DNA of 64,000 nucleotides from an uncultured Nitrospiraceae bacterium (GTDB lineage Bacteria; Nitrospirota; Thermodesulfovibrionia; Thermodesulfovibrionales; Dissulfurispiraceae): contig CAVSHF010000003.1 of the NCBI GenBank assembly GCA_963727805.1, positions 1,920,001 to 1,984,000 of the forward strand, given 5' to 3'. Both the position numbers and the translations under genes were made by a program. A model generated the notes under the pieces. It was not told the origin of the DNA. It did not search any database and worked only from the letters and a program-made list of their open reading frames with translations. Positions 10,929 to 20,952 of this stretch are shown here, in pieces (position 1 is the first letter of the stretch; every line of letters begins with the position of its first letter).

Positions 10929-10999
10929 AGAATCCTGCAGCAAGCGGAAGGAGACGGGCGTGCCTAGAATTTTATGTATGTGCGTGAAATTTTGTTTCT

Positions 11000-11761
11000 C
11001 TAATAATTTTCCAGATGATTTTTGTTCCAAACCATCTTGCACATTTCGTCACCTGCTTCATACCCTTCTCTGGCTAATTGTTTCGCTTTTAGAATATCTT
11101 TTGCGATCCCTAATCCAGATGCGTACATCATCGCGAGGCTACATTTCGCCTTAATATCGTTCTGCACAGCGGCGAGCTGAAACCATTTAAATGCTGCTTT
11201 GTCATCCTGCTCCACTCCCTGGCCATTCGCATACATCAACCCAAGATTATACTGAGCCGGTGCCAGCCCCTGTGCGGCAGCACGACGGAACCATTCGGCT
11301 GCCTTTTTATCATCTTGCTGCACCCCATGGCCGTTCCCGAACATAACGCCAAGATTATACTGGGCAGCAGAAAGTCCCTTTTCGGCAGCAACTTTATACC
11401 ATTTGACTGCTTCCTGGTCATCCTGTGCTACTCCCCAGCCTTCCTCATACATAATGCCGAGATTATACTGGGCAGCAGAAAGCCCCTTTTCAGCAGCAAC
11501 TTTATACCATTTGACAGCTTCTTTATAGTCCTTTATTACTCCTTGACCATTGGCATACATAAAGCCAAGTTTATACTGGGCACGCGCATTACCTTTTTGC
11601 GCCTCTTTAAGGAATATCTGGTAAGTAGCTGTATAATCCCCTTTGTTGTATGCTGCGACACCCTCTTCAAAATCCTCCGCAAATGACAATGAACAAGCGC
11701 AAACCACAACGCTTATCAATGAGCAAAATGACCATATCTTTATTTTCATCGTCTTCTCCAT
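11000..11761 (-). CDS. Secreted Sel1-repeat protein
   Basis: Signal peptide; repeated AQYNLG.MY..G.GV..D..EAVKWY..AA. Confidence 0.92.
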   Translation of the reverse strand: MEKTMKIKIWSFCSLISVVVCACSLSFAEDFEEGVAAYNKGDYTATYQIFLKEAQKGNARAQYKLGFMYANGQGVIKDYKEAVKWYKVAAEKGLSAAQYNLGIMYEEGWGVAQDDQEAVKWYKVAAEKGLSAAQYNLGVMFGNGHGVQQDDKKAAEWFRRAAAQGLAPAQYNLGLMYANGQGVEQDDKAAFKWFQLAAVQNDIKAKCSLAMMYASGLGIAKDILKAKQLAREGYEAGDEMCKMVWNKNHLENY

Positions 11762-11808
11762 TAATACTGCCGCGGAACAGTACAGATCGAATATTTTGGA
11801 GCGTACAG

Positions 11809-12195
11809 TTATTGTTCTTTGAGGTTCAATAGTTTCTCGACAGTATCAAGTAAGACAGAGAATTCTGAACTTCTGACCACATAAGCATCCGGTTTATAGC
11901 CCCAGGCAAAAAAGTCTTCCTTATGCTCCAAAATAGTATAAATTATGAACGGCAAATGAGGATAAAGCTCTTTACATGTGTTTAAAAAATCAATCCCATT
12001 AATTTCGGCTTGCATAAGACTGGAAATTACGAGATCTGCTCTATTTGAGGACAAATAATCAAGGGCTGTTTTTGCGGCAGGGAAATGGACTAATCTTATT
12101 TTGTCGCCGAATCTGGCATTTAATTCCCTGGAACAAGCCTGGTAAGCGCCATGCTCTCTTTCCACGCAAACAATGACACATGTTTCACCAGACAT
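11809..12195 (-). CDS. Single-domain receiver protein with degenerate active site (pseudo-receiver)
   Basis: Receiver fold pattern (DLVIS.L...NGIDFL; LPFIIYT; AYVV.SS); phosphoacceptor Asp replaced by Ser and conserved Lys by Arg; alternative start 12249. Confidence 0.7.
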   Translation of the reverse strand: MSGETCVIVCVEREHGAYQACSRELNARFGDKIRLVHFPAAKTALDYLSSNRADLVISSLMQAEINGIDFLNTCKELYPHLPFIIYTILEHKEDFFAWGYKPDAYVVRSSEFSVLLDTVEKLLNLKEQ

Positions 12196-12449
12196 GGCAT
12201 ATCTCACTCTGCTTTTTCCGCTGAAGTACTGGACTGATGCCTGGGTCATAAGGGGTCTGAGACAATAACTTGGAGAGCATATTTAAATATTATAACAACT
12301 TTATGCCATATATAGAATACTGTTAACTCGATATTTTGTTGACTCAACTACCACTGGTGGGTTCTGCTCCGCAAAAAATCATCTCTGATAAGATCGGGAA
12401 ACACTAGTTCTCAGCCCCAAAACTTTTGATTTTAGCCGTTGTACTGCAT

Positions 12450-13223
12450 TTATATCAGCAGCGTATTCTCGTTTATTATCTCCTTGGCGAGTTCAGCGTA
12501 AGCTTTTGCACCGGGCGAACTGGGTGCATAAAGTGCCGCCGGCTTTCCATGCCCCGGCGCCTCTGCAAGAGTAATATTCCTCGGTATAACGGTATCGTAG
12601 ACCTTCGATTTAAAGACCTTTCTTACCTCGTCCGAGATCTGCTTGGAAAGCGATATATGTCTGTTATACATTGTAAGAAGTATCCCCTCAAGATCGAGGC
12701 CCTCGTTAAAGCTGCCCCGTATGCGCCACAAAAGTTTGATCAGAAGGCTCAGACCCTCAAGGGCGAAGTACTCGCACTGGACCGGGATGAGGACAGAGTT
12801 CGATGCGACAAGTGCATTAAGGGTAAGGAGCCCGAAGGAAGGTGGACAGTCAATAAGGATATAGCTGAATTCCTTTTTCAAGGGTTCGATGACGTGTCTC
12901 AGCGTCATCTCACGCTCGCTCCTTTCGAGAAGGTCAATCTCGGCGCCAAAGAGGTCCATGGTGGCAGAAACAACAAAAAGTCCAGGGATTTCTGTTGTTA
13001 GGACCGCTTCATGAACAGGAATTCCTCCGGCATAGATATCATAGAGGCCATACTTCATTTGCTCTTTTTTAATGCCTATCCCGCTGGTGAGGTTGCCCTG
13101 CGGATCAGAGTCAATTATAAGGACCTTCTCTTTTTCAAGAGCGAGATATGTCGAAAGGTTGAGAGCGGTAGTCGTCTTGCCGACGCCGCCTTTCTGATTC
13201 GTTACCGCAATTATTTTGCTCAC
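12450..13223 (-). CDS. parA: ParA/Soj family ATPase (no parB in window)
   Basis: NQKGGVGKTT, IDSDPQGN, IDCPPS, IPVQCEYFALEGL, IPRNITLAEAP; GTG start overlaps the upstream TGA (GTGA). Confidence 0.9.
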   Translation of the reverse strand: MSKIIAVTNQKGGVGKTTTALNLSTYLALEKEKVLIIDSDPQGNLTSGIGIKKEQMKYGLYDIYAGGIPVHEAVLTTEIPGLFVVSATMDLFGAEIDLLERSEREMTLRHVIEPLKKEFSYILIDCPPSFGLLTLNALVASNSVLIPVQCEYFALEGLSLLIKLLWRIRGSFNEGLDLEGILLTMYNRHISLSKQISDEVRKVFKSKVYDTVIPRNITLAEAPGHGKPAALYAPSSPGAKAYAELAKEIINENTLLI

Positions 13224-14761
13224 GGCAGACTGTTCTGCAACCGATGAATATTGTACTTTTTTATCTTGTATCCAATCTGCCGGCACGAGAGCCCGAGTAG
13301 ACGAGCAGCCCTGGCCTGCACCCACCCGGTTTTTTTGAGCGCATCGAGTATTTTCGTCTTTTCGATATCCTCGATCGTTGACGGAAGCGCATCCTTGATC
13401 TGCACTCCGTAACGTGCTTTCATAGTTTGGTTCCTGATGGAAATCGGCAGTTCAGACTCGGTAATAGTGTTGCCTCTCGACATAACGACAATCCGCTCGA
13501 TGGTATTTTCGAGCTCTCTCACATTTCCCGGCCACTCATAGTTAAGCAGGATATCGAGGACATTTGGGGCAACGGTGACTGATTTCGCATTCTCCTCATT
13601 GAAACGCCGGAGAAAAAAATCGACGAGAATAGGGATGTCCTGCCTCCGTTCCATGAGCGGTGGCATCAAAATGGGAACGACATTCAGTCGATAATAGAGA
13701 TCCTCCCTGAATTTTCCACTTCGAACAAGCTCTTCAAGGTTTCTGCTCGTTGCCGCGATAAGACGTATATCGACCTTTATCGTCTTTTCTCCCCCGACCC
13801 TTTCGAATTCCTTTTCCTGGAGCACCCTGAGTATTTTAGGCTGGAGGGCGACCGGGAGGTCGCCGATCTCGTCGAGGAAGATCGTGCCACCGTCAGCAAG
13901 CTCGAAACGCCCTTTCCTCATTGCCATAGCGCCAGTAAAGGCACCTTTTTCGTGGCCGAAGAGCTCCGATTCGAGCAGTCCTTCCGGTATGGATGCACAG
14001 TTGAATTTAATAAAAGGCTCTTTCGACCGCGAGCTTATGTAATGAATCGCTTTGGCGACCAACTCTTTACCCGTACCGCTTTCGCCGAGCAGAAGTACAT
14101 TCGCTCGCGAAGGCGCCACTCGGTGGATCGACTCAAAGACCTCCTGCATTCGGTCCGATTGGCCGATGATGTTTTCGACTCTGTATTTACCTTTAAGCTG
14201 GAGCCTGAGGTTCTCCTTTTCCGCCTGAAATGCAGCGCGCTCCTTTTCGACCTCTTCGTAAAGCCTGATGGATTGGGCGAGAAGAGACGAAATTATCTTC
14301 AAAAGCCGGAGGTCCTCTTCGAAGGAGATCCCTTTGACAAAGAGACGGTCGACACTTAGAACACCGAGGATTTCGTTTTTGAATTTGATGGGGACGCAAA
14401 GAAAGGCGATATTTTCTTTTTTAATCATCTCTCTCGACCGCGTCCTGTTCAGGAAGAAAGGTTCCTCTCCGATGTTCGGGATAACAATAGGGGAGCCGTG
14501 CTTTGCGACCTGCCCGATAATGCCTTCTCCTATCCGATACCTACCTCTCTTGATCTCTTCCTCGGTCATACCGTACGCGGCGAGAATTGAAACCTCGGAA
14601 CCGTTACGGAGTGCGACGGTGCCGCGCTTCATATCGAGGTATTCCGACAAAACACGCATCACCCCCCTCAAGTTCGCCTTAAGATTCAATGAGGACCCAA
14701 GGAGTTTGCTGATTTCGTAGAGAGCAGTAATTTCGACCGTTTGTCCTGTGTTGCGTGTCAT
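13220..14761 (-). CDS. nifA: NifA-type sigma54-dependent transcriptional activator (GAF-AAA+-Fis HTH)
   Basis: N-terminal GAF (GEGIIGQVA, FLCVPI), GESGTGKE, ESELFGHEKGAFTGA, FREDLYYRLNV, WPGNVRELEN, AARLLG HTH; symbol reflects architecture only, no nif genes in window. Confidence 0.8.
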   Translation of the reverse strand: MTRNTGQTVEITALYEISKLLGSSLNLKANLRGVMRVLSEYLDMKRGTVALRNGSEVSILAAYGMTEEEIKRGRYRIGEGIIGQVAKHGSPIVIPNIGEEPFFLNRTRSREMIKKENIAFLCVPIKFKNEILGVLSVDRLFVKGISFEEDLRLLKIISSLLAQSIRLYEEVEKERAAFQAEKENLRLQLKGKYRVENIIGQSDRMQEVFESIHRVAPSRANVLLLGESGTGKELVAKAIHYISSRSKEPFIKFNCASIPEGLLESELFGHEKGAFTGAMAMRKGRFELADGGTIFLDEIGDLPVALQPKILRVLQEKEFERVGGEKTIKVDIRLIAATSRNLEELVRSGKFREDLYYRLNVVPILMPPLMERRQDIPILVDFFLRRFNEENAKSVTVAPNVLDILLNYEWPGNVRELENTIERIVVMSRGNTITESELPISIRNQTMKARYGVQIKDALPSTIEDIEKTKILDALKKTGWVQARAARLLGLSCRQIGYKIKKYNIHRLQNSLP

Positions 14762-14962
14762 GGCGATTATAGTTTAATGAAAAGTAACAATAATGTAAAG
14801 CCTGCTGACGTAATTGTAGGACTCACCGCATTCAACTGTGTCCCCGACCCCTGAAAGTCTTGACAAAGTCTTTGCAAGGATTGGATTTCTGATGTACCAT
14901 GAACTATACTTACGCGAGATTGTCTGGTAATTGATGGTATGCACTTTGTGAGAGGAGAAGTC

Positions 14963-15925
14963 ATGAAACATTTTTATGCTTTGCTTACCTTGTGCTACTT
15001 TTCGCTCTTAGTACTCGGTCAATGCCCCTCGTTTGCCGCAAACGAGGCAGTCCCCGGAAAGAAAGCCTCTCCGTCTGCCGCGCCCGTAATGCCTGCTAAG
15101 GCAGTCATGCACAATGATCAGGGCATTAGATTGTACGAAAAAGGTGATTTCGGCGCTGCGCTACTCGAATTCAATCGGGCGCTTGCAGAAGACCCCACAA
15201 ATGTAACTGTTTTAGTCAACCGCGGACTCACCTTTGCCAAGAGGGAGCAGTATAAAGGGGCAATCGAGAACTTCTATTATGCCCTGGATTTCGATAAAAA
15301 CAACGTGAGCGCCCTTAAGTATCTTGCCGCAGTCTACTTTCTGGCCGGAGAGTACGACAAGGCCATCAAGCTGTATGATAGGGTCACAACTTTGGATTCC
15401 TCCAGTTATGACGTTTATACGAAGCGCGGCATCGCCTATGCGGCGTTAGAGCGACACAATGCAGCCATTCAGGATTTCACCCGGACGCTGACTCTTACCT
15501 CAAAATATTTCCCGGCATACATCGGCCGCGGTCTCTCACTAACAACCAAAGGAAACTGTGCACAGGCTATTTCCGATTTCGACAATGCCGTCATGATGTC
15601 TCCCTACAACCCTTTCATCTATCTTGTGCGGTCGGAAGCCTACGCAAAATCTGGGGATTTTTCGAGCGCTCTTGTAGATCTGAATAAAACTTGTTCGCTT
15701 GGATATCTGACAGTATGCGAGTCTATCAGGCAGTCTAGGTTCGATATCGAGAATACTGAAGCATCGTTTGTCCTTCAGTATTCGTCGAAAAGAGGGGGAG
15801 AGGAACTCTATCTGTCGTCCCGCAAGAAGCTCGACTCCTTTTTCGCAACGACAGAGTCCACAGAGATGAAGAAGTTTTTTGATAACGACTTGCGCCCCTT
15901 ATCAATAGGGAGTGGCAATTACTGA
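14963..15925 (+). CDS. Secreted TPR-repeat protein
   Basis: Signal peptide; repeated TPR motifs (NRG..F, KRGIAY, GRGLS, AI.DF); GAGGAG SD before ATG 14963. Confidence 0.85.
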   Translation: MKHFYALLTLCYFSLLVLGQCPSFAANEAVPGKKASPSAAPVMPAKAVMHNDQGIRLYEKGDFGAALLEFNRALAEDPTNVTVLVNRGLTFAKREQYKGAIENFYYALDFDKNNVSALKYLAAVYFLAGEYDKAIKLYDRVTTLDSSSYDVYTKRGIAYAALERHNAAIQDFTRTLTLTSKYFPAYIGRGLSLTTKGNCAQAISDFDNAVMMSPYNPFIYLVRSEAYAKSGDFSSALVDLNKTCSLGYLTVCESIRQSRFDIENTEASFVLQYSSKRGGEELYLSSRKKLDSFFATTESTEMKKFFDNDLRPLSIGSGNY

Positions 15926-16270
15926 CGACCGAGACGGGAAAACATACTGCTTTGTGCAACCCCCAAGCGACTGCTTCAGGATTTCTCTCGGCAGTCCCAG
16001 CAAGACAATACACAAGAGCTTCTGCAAGTAGCTTTTGACATTTAATCCATCTTGAGTCGTGTCGGTATTGTATGCTGTTGGGACTCATGATTTGCGCGTA
16101 TTGTCTTGACTGGCAATCCCAGGGATAGCCAGCATGTCATAACGCGCCATTTTCAAATTGTTTTATTCAACCTTCCTTTATCTGTATAATTCAGGAGTGA
16201 TACCGGGTGCGAGTTTTCTGTTTCTCCTTGCAAAGTCTAAGCTGACCGGAAAACACTGAGGAACTATCAT

Positions 16271-17509
16271 ATGACGACGAAGTCCAGGGGAATAATTGGA
16301 GGTGGCATCTACACAACTATTGCTGCCACCAATCTCATCCCCGACACCAAGCTGCCATGCGACATATACTTCAGTAAGGGTGGCTTGATCACGTGCCTGT
16401 TTATGAAAGGAACGATCTTTTCCCACAAGGCACAGAATATTATCAGGAACAAATCAGGTCTTTACGTCAGGGCTGGGGACAAGGCATTGTTAAGGGAATA
16501 TATAGTCAGAGGCGGACAAGACCCCGCATCGGCTGAAACGCATAGTGAGACTAGAGTCCCCTTAGTTAATCTGCAAGACCTTTTTCAGATTGACCGCAAC
16601 GCGCTCGTGTCCCATTCTAAAATACCTTTTAATCTCTACCTCTTGAAACAGCAGGACGCAACGCTCCTCATCGAAGCCTCCCAAGAAAAGCCATCCCGTG
16701 TCGATGACCTGCTTCTTTCTGCACAAGGCGATTTACTCATCGTGAAATCTGACATGTCACTCTACCGAAATTACCTGAAGCAACACACGGTCAAGTTGAA
16801 CACAGTGTCGAAAAGGGTCGAATCTAAAGTAAAGGCAACCATCCTGAGGGAGAATTCCAAGTTGGTCATGCAGGAGATATTCGAAAACCCCAGAAATGAA
16901 GAGCTTATCAAGGCGTCCCAGGAGGAAGTCAATGGAGTTGTCGATGCTGTCATTAATGATAAAAACATTCTGTATGATCTTATCGAAATCAGGAATTACG
17001 ATTATTATACCTATACTCATTCGGTTAACGTGGCAGTGCTCGCCATAGGAGTTGGCATCAATACCGGCCTGTGCAGGGAAAACATCGAGCATCTTGGTAT
17101 CGGCGCCCTGCTGCACGACATCGGTAAAAGTTTAATCCCGACCGACATCGTGAATAAACCTGGCATGCTCGATGAGGCGGAATTTTCGATTATGAAGACT
17201 CACGTAACCGAAGGTGAAAAACTTCTGCGAGCACATGCTTCCGTGCAGTCCGAAGCATTTCCCGCATTACTTGAGCATCATGAAAAGCTGTCGGGTACCG
17301 GGTATCCTCGAGGACTGGCAGGAAGGGACATATCGCTGTTCGGAAGGATTGCATCGATTGTTGATGCCTATGATGCGCTCACAACCGGCAGGGCATACAG
17401 GGCTGCTTTCACGCCGTTTTATGCTCTTTCCGTGCTCACGCAGGAAACCCACGATTACGATCGAGACCTCCTCAGGACTCTTATCGAAATGCTTGGAAGG
17501 GTTCAATAG
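16271..17509 (+). CDS. HD-GYP domain cyclic-dinucleotide phosphodiesterase
   Basis: YTYTHSVNV, LLHDIGK, HHEKLSGTGYP, IVDAYDALT. Confidence 0.92.
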   Translation: MTTKSRGIIGGGIYTTIAATNLIPDTKLPCDIYFSKGGLITCLFMKGTIFSHKAQNIIRNKSGLYVRAGDKALLREYIVRGGQDPASAETHSETRVPLVNLQDLFQIDRNALVSHSKIPFNLYLLKQQDATLLIEASQEKPSRVDDLLLSAQGDLLIVKSDMSLYRNYLKQHTVKLNTVSKRVESKVKATILRENSKLVMQEIFENPRNEELIKASQEEVNGVVDAVINDKNILYDLIEIRNYDYYTYTHSVNVAVLAIGVGINTGLCRENIEHLGIGALLHDIGKSLIPTDIVNKPGMLDEAEFSIMKTHVTEGEKLLRAHASVQSEAFPALLEHHEKLSGTGYPRGLAGRDISLFGRIASIVDAYDALTTGRAYRAAFTPFYALSVLTQETHDYDRDLLRTLIEMLGRVQ

Positions 17510-17715
17510 AATACCGCGCATTGGTTCTCTGCTACGGCTCCAAGATCATTGCGTCAATTCCGCACCATTGGCCCGATACGTTAACTATTGAATATCACCA
17601 TTCGGTCCGGAGATCATTAGCCAAATACTACTAATAGGTTTTTTATAGTGCACTGATAAGCCGAGTGTATTATACTCGTCTGGATACCCAAGTTATCGTA
17701 GATAAATAATAATTT

Positions 17716-18597
17716 CTAATCAAGGAGCAATTCGATAAATAACTCCGCAAATTCCTCAAATAGAGTTTCTGTTGTATTCTCTTTTGTACGGGGAATATCC
17801 ATGATTAACTGCTCGTTAAGAGCCTTGCTCATTTCTACAAAGAGCCTGCTCACATCTGCGCTGAATCCCATGCCAATGAGGGCCTTTTCAGTGTCCTCAT
17901 ACGAAAATTGCACATACTTAAGGCCGGGTTTATTCACCTGCTTAGCAATGACCCCAGCGACCTCATTCAACGAGATATCCCTCTGACCCAGCAGATCCTT
18001 TACCGAGGTTCCCGTATAGTCCTTTTTCATCAGGCGCTCTACAGCAAATTTTGCAATATCCTTCGTGGCAATCATTGGGAACTTCAAATCGCCCCTTATC
18101 GCCGATCCCATAATGCCCATATTTTTAATCATATCTATGTTTGCCAACACGTTTTCCATAAAGTACGTTGGCCTTATATGCAGTATATTGACGCCGTTAA
18201 GTTTGTTCAGACGCACCTCCTGATCATGCAGGCCCTTGATAGGGCCGGTTCCGTCGGGCAGATGTGCTCCCTGACTACTCAGGTTAACAATGTATTTCAC
18301 GCCGGACTTCTCAATGGCTTCAGCCAGGGAAGCTCCAATTGCGTTCTGATAGGCCCTAAAGTCAGGAGCGTTATAGTTTGGCGGGATCATCGCAAAAACG
18401 GTATCGGCACCTGAAAATGCCTTTATCAGTGAGCTCGTATCGGCCAGAGAGATTGTTGAGACTTCCGCTCCTTTGTCAGCAAACTCCTCAAGCTTTTCGG
18501 CTGTCCTCGCTACACATCTCACTTTTTGTCCTTGCAACAGAAGACTAGCCGCAATCTTGCTACCTATATGACCTGATGCCCCGGTTATAACGATCAT
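17716..18597 (-). CDS. NmrA-like NAD(P)H-binding protein (atypical SDR)
   Basis: ITGASGHIG, RPTYFMEN, PMIATKDIA; AAGGAG SD. Confidence 0.88.
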   Translation of the reverse strand: MIVITGASGHIGSKIAASLLLQGQKVRCVARTAEKLEEFADKGAEVSTISLADTSSLIKAFSGADTVFAMIPPNYNAPDFRAYQNAIGASLAEAIEKSGVKYIVNLSSQGAHLPDGTGPIKGLHDQEVRLNKLNGVNILHIRPTYFMENVLANIDMIKNMGIMGSAIRGDLKFPMIATKDIAKFAVERLMKKDYTGTSVKDLLGQRDISLNEVAGVIAKQVNKPGLKYVQFSYEDTEKALIGMGFSADVSRLFVEMSKALNEQLIMDIPRTKENTTETLFEEFAELFIELLLD

Positions 18598-18859
18598 TAT
18601 TTGCTCCTTTTGAGTTTCTATACTTTAGCCATCTAAATCTTGGCTTGATTATTTTTAAATTTTATCGGCAATCTTGTTATTTGTCAAAAGTAAACGACAA
18701 AGTAAACGACTCTAGACCCTATCATCCTGCCATCAGGATTGTCAGACAACCTCTCACATGTAAATCAGACAAAGACCGATAGTTTGGCTGATAAAAGAGC
18801 ATTATGATATATACAACTGCATTCTCAAGGTAAATTCCTTTGTCAGCCGGAGGTGTAAA

Positions 18860-19150
18860 ATGACATGCCCGTGCTTTATTGCAGATTATGTTGGATTCTG
18901 CAATGCATCAGATGTTCTATATGTGCCTAGCATTAACGAATTAGAACAATTCTGTTTTACTCGCAGATTCGGTTCTTGCAAATTATTCGAAACCGATGGA
19001 TCGAAAAACGAAACAATCAACGGTAAATACAACAAGGCAAATATCGATCTTTGTCTAATAACTGGCCGTTATAAAGAAGGATCAAAGTCCCCGATAAATC
19101 CTCTAAGTAATGGCGGGGTACATCAAAAGTATCAGTCAGATATGTCATAG
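18860..19150 (+). CDS. Small Cys-motif hypothetical protein
   Basis: GGAGGT SD; CPC..C..YVPSINELEQFC..C pattern in N-terminal half. Confidence 0.55.
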   Translation: MTCPCFIADYVGFCNASDVLYVPSINELEQFCFTRRFGSCKLFETDGSKNETINGKYNKANIDLCLITGRYKEGSKSPINPLSNGGVHQKYQSDMS

Positions 19151-19581
19151 GGTTGACTGCTGACACCTGCCATGGCAAGATAACAGGATCACACAGCAGC
19201 CAGATTTCCCTCGGCTTTCTTGTTTTTGAAACATTTCTTCAGCATGCCTGAGTGTTATGAATTCTGCTACCATCGGACGGTCATATCCCATAGCAACAGT
19301 GGACAACAGTCGTAATTCGGGAGTTTGTGCGACGGTCAATTACCGCCAGGTGCTTGCCATTCGAGAAACTGTCCAGGACCTCGTTAATGTAGCCAGGACT
19401 TTTCCCCAAAATTAAATCAGTTATAAACCCCTATTTCTTAGATAAGAGTTGTGAATGAGATGCAGGGATAAATTCTATGAAATATCGCGCTACTGCAGGG
19501 GTCGCACATTGATCTGGGGTACCCGAGGCTTTATAAGCTGTATTATTCCCTTCAATCTCGTTTATAATTTATATTGATAGT

Positions 19582-20937
19582 ATGAAATTCGAAGAACTAG
19601 AAATACCTGATGAAGTTCATGATGGAATAAGAGCGGCCGGCTTTACAGAGTGTACGCCGGTCCAGGCCATGACCCTCCCCGCAGCCTTGCAAGGTAAAGA
19701 CATTGCTGCTCAGGCACAGACCGGCACCGGCAAGACAGCGGCATTTCTTATCGCAATTTTTTCGCGGATGCTTGCCATCCCTGCTTCGGGTCGTGTCTCA
19801 TCGCCGCGAGTGCTCATCATCGCACCCACTCGCGAACTCGTCGCCCAAATAGATGCTGAGGCCAGGATACTGAGTGGTTCTACCGGATTCCGGATCGTTC
19901 CGGTTTTCGGTGGCATCGACTATGTGAAGCAGAGGAACGATCTCGCACGGGGCGTTGACGTGCTCATCGGGACCCCAGGCCGTCTTATCGATTACCTCAA
20001 GCAGCGAGTGTACAGTCTGAAGAATACCCAGTTCCTCGTCATAGACGAAGCGGACCGCATGTTCGATATGGGGTTTGTCGCCGATCTCAGGTTTCTGCTG
20101 AGACGGATGTCGCCCTATGACCAGCGCCAGTCAATGCTTTTCTCTGCAACTCTTTCACACCGCGTTATGGAACTCTCTCACGAATTCATGAATATGCCCG
20201 AAAAGTTTGTCGTGACGCCTGAACAGATGACGGTTGAACTGACCGAACAACAGATTTATCATGTTGGCAAAAGCGAGAAAGTCGGCCTTTTACTCGGCAT
20301 GATCAGGCGCGAGCCGGAAGGCCGCTATCTCGTCTTCTGCAATATGAAAGTAACGGCCGAACGTCTGAAACGTTTTTTGGACGCAAACAGTGTTGCCGCT
20401 GCAGCCATCACCGGCGACCTTCCACAGCACCAACGCCTGAAGGTGCTCGCGGATTTCAAGGCAGGCCAGTTCCCAGTCCTCATTGCGACTGATGTGGCGA
20501 GCCGCGGACTACACATCGAGGGAGTGACGCATGTTATCAACTACGACCTCCCCCAGGACCCACAGGATTATGTGCATCGAATCGGGAGGACTGGTCGCGC
20601 CGGCGCCGGAGGTAGAGCTATAAGCCTCGCATGCGAGGACTACATTTTCTCTCTCCCTGATATCGAGGACTTCATCAAGCAGAAGATACCGATCATGCCA
20701 CTCACAGACGAAATGGTCGTCACCGATTACAAGAAAGTCTCTGCCGGTCCACGCAGAAAAGGAATGCCTTCCGGCCAGAGGGGCCAGAGACCTACTGACA
20801 GGCGATCGGAACGGAAAGGCTATCAGGGGAAAAATACGTCGTCCGCGACTGCACCGGACTCGAAACCTCAGCCAGATAGACCACGCCGACGCCGCAAGCC
20901 CAGTGGGGAAAAGCCCGGCACAGAGAGCGGAAAGTAA
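19582..20937 (+). CDS. rhlB: DEAD-box RNA helicase, RhlB-like
   Basis: AQTGTGKT, PTREL, DEADRMFDMGF, SAT, YVHRIGRTGRAG; basic disordered C-terminal tail. Confidence 0.88.
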   Translation: MKFEELEIPDEVHDGIRAAGFTECTPVQAMTLPAALQGKDIAAQAQTGTGKTAAFLIAIFSRMLAIPASGRVSSPRVLIIAPTRELVAQIDAEARILSGSTGFRIVPVFGGIDYVKQRNDLARGVDVLIGTPGRLIDYLKQRVYSLKNTQFLVIDEADRMFDMGFVADLRFLLRRMSPYDQRQSMLFSATLSHRVMELSHEFMNMPEKFVVTPEQMTVELTEQQIYHVGKSEKVGLLLGMIRREPEGRYLVFCNMKVTAERLKRFLDANSVAAAAITGDLPQHQRLKVLADFKAGQFPVLIATDVASRGLHIEGVTHVINYDLPQDPQDYVHRIGRTGRAGAGGRAISLACEDYIFSLPDIEDFIKQKIPIMPLTDEMVVTDYKKVSAGPRRKGMPSGQRGQRPTDRRSERKGYQGKNTSSATAPDSKPQPDRPRRRRKPSGEKPGTESGK

Positions 20938-20952
20938 GGGAGGCTACCCATC

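Noticed and set aside
12181..12195. parS-like half site TGTTTCAC
   Set aside because: Only half of the palindrome, and within a CDS
12295..12310. Sigma54-like TGGCATAAAGTTGT upstream of the receiver gene
   Set aside because: Spacer one base short and -12 GC missing
13224..13325. N-terminal extension of ParA in the ORF track
   Set aside because: Overlaps the activator's HTH coding region; ParA homology starts at GTG 13223
13220..14761. Evidence of nitrogen fixation
   Set aside because: NifA-like architecture alone is insufficient; no nif structural genes in the window
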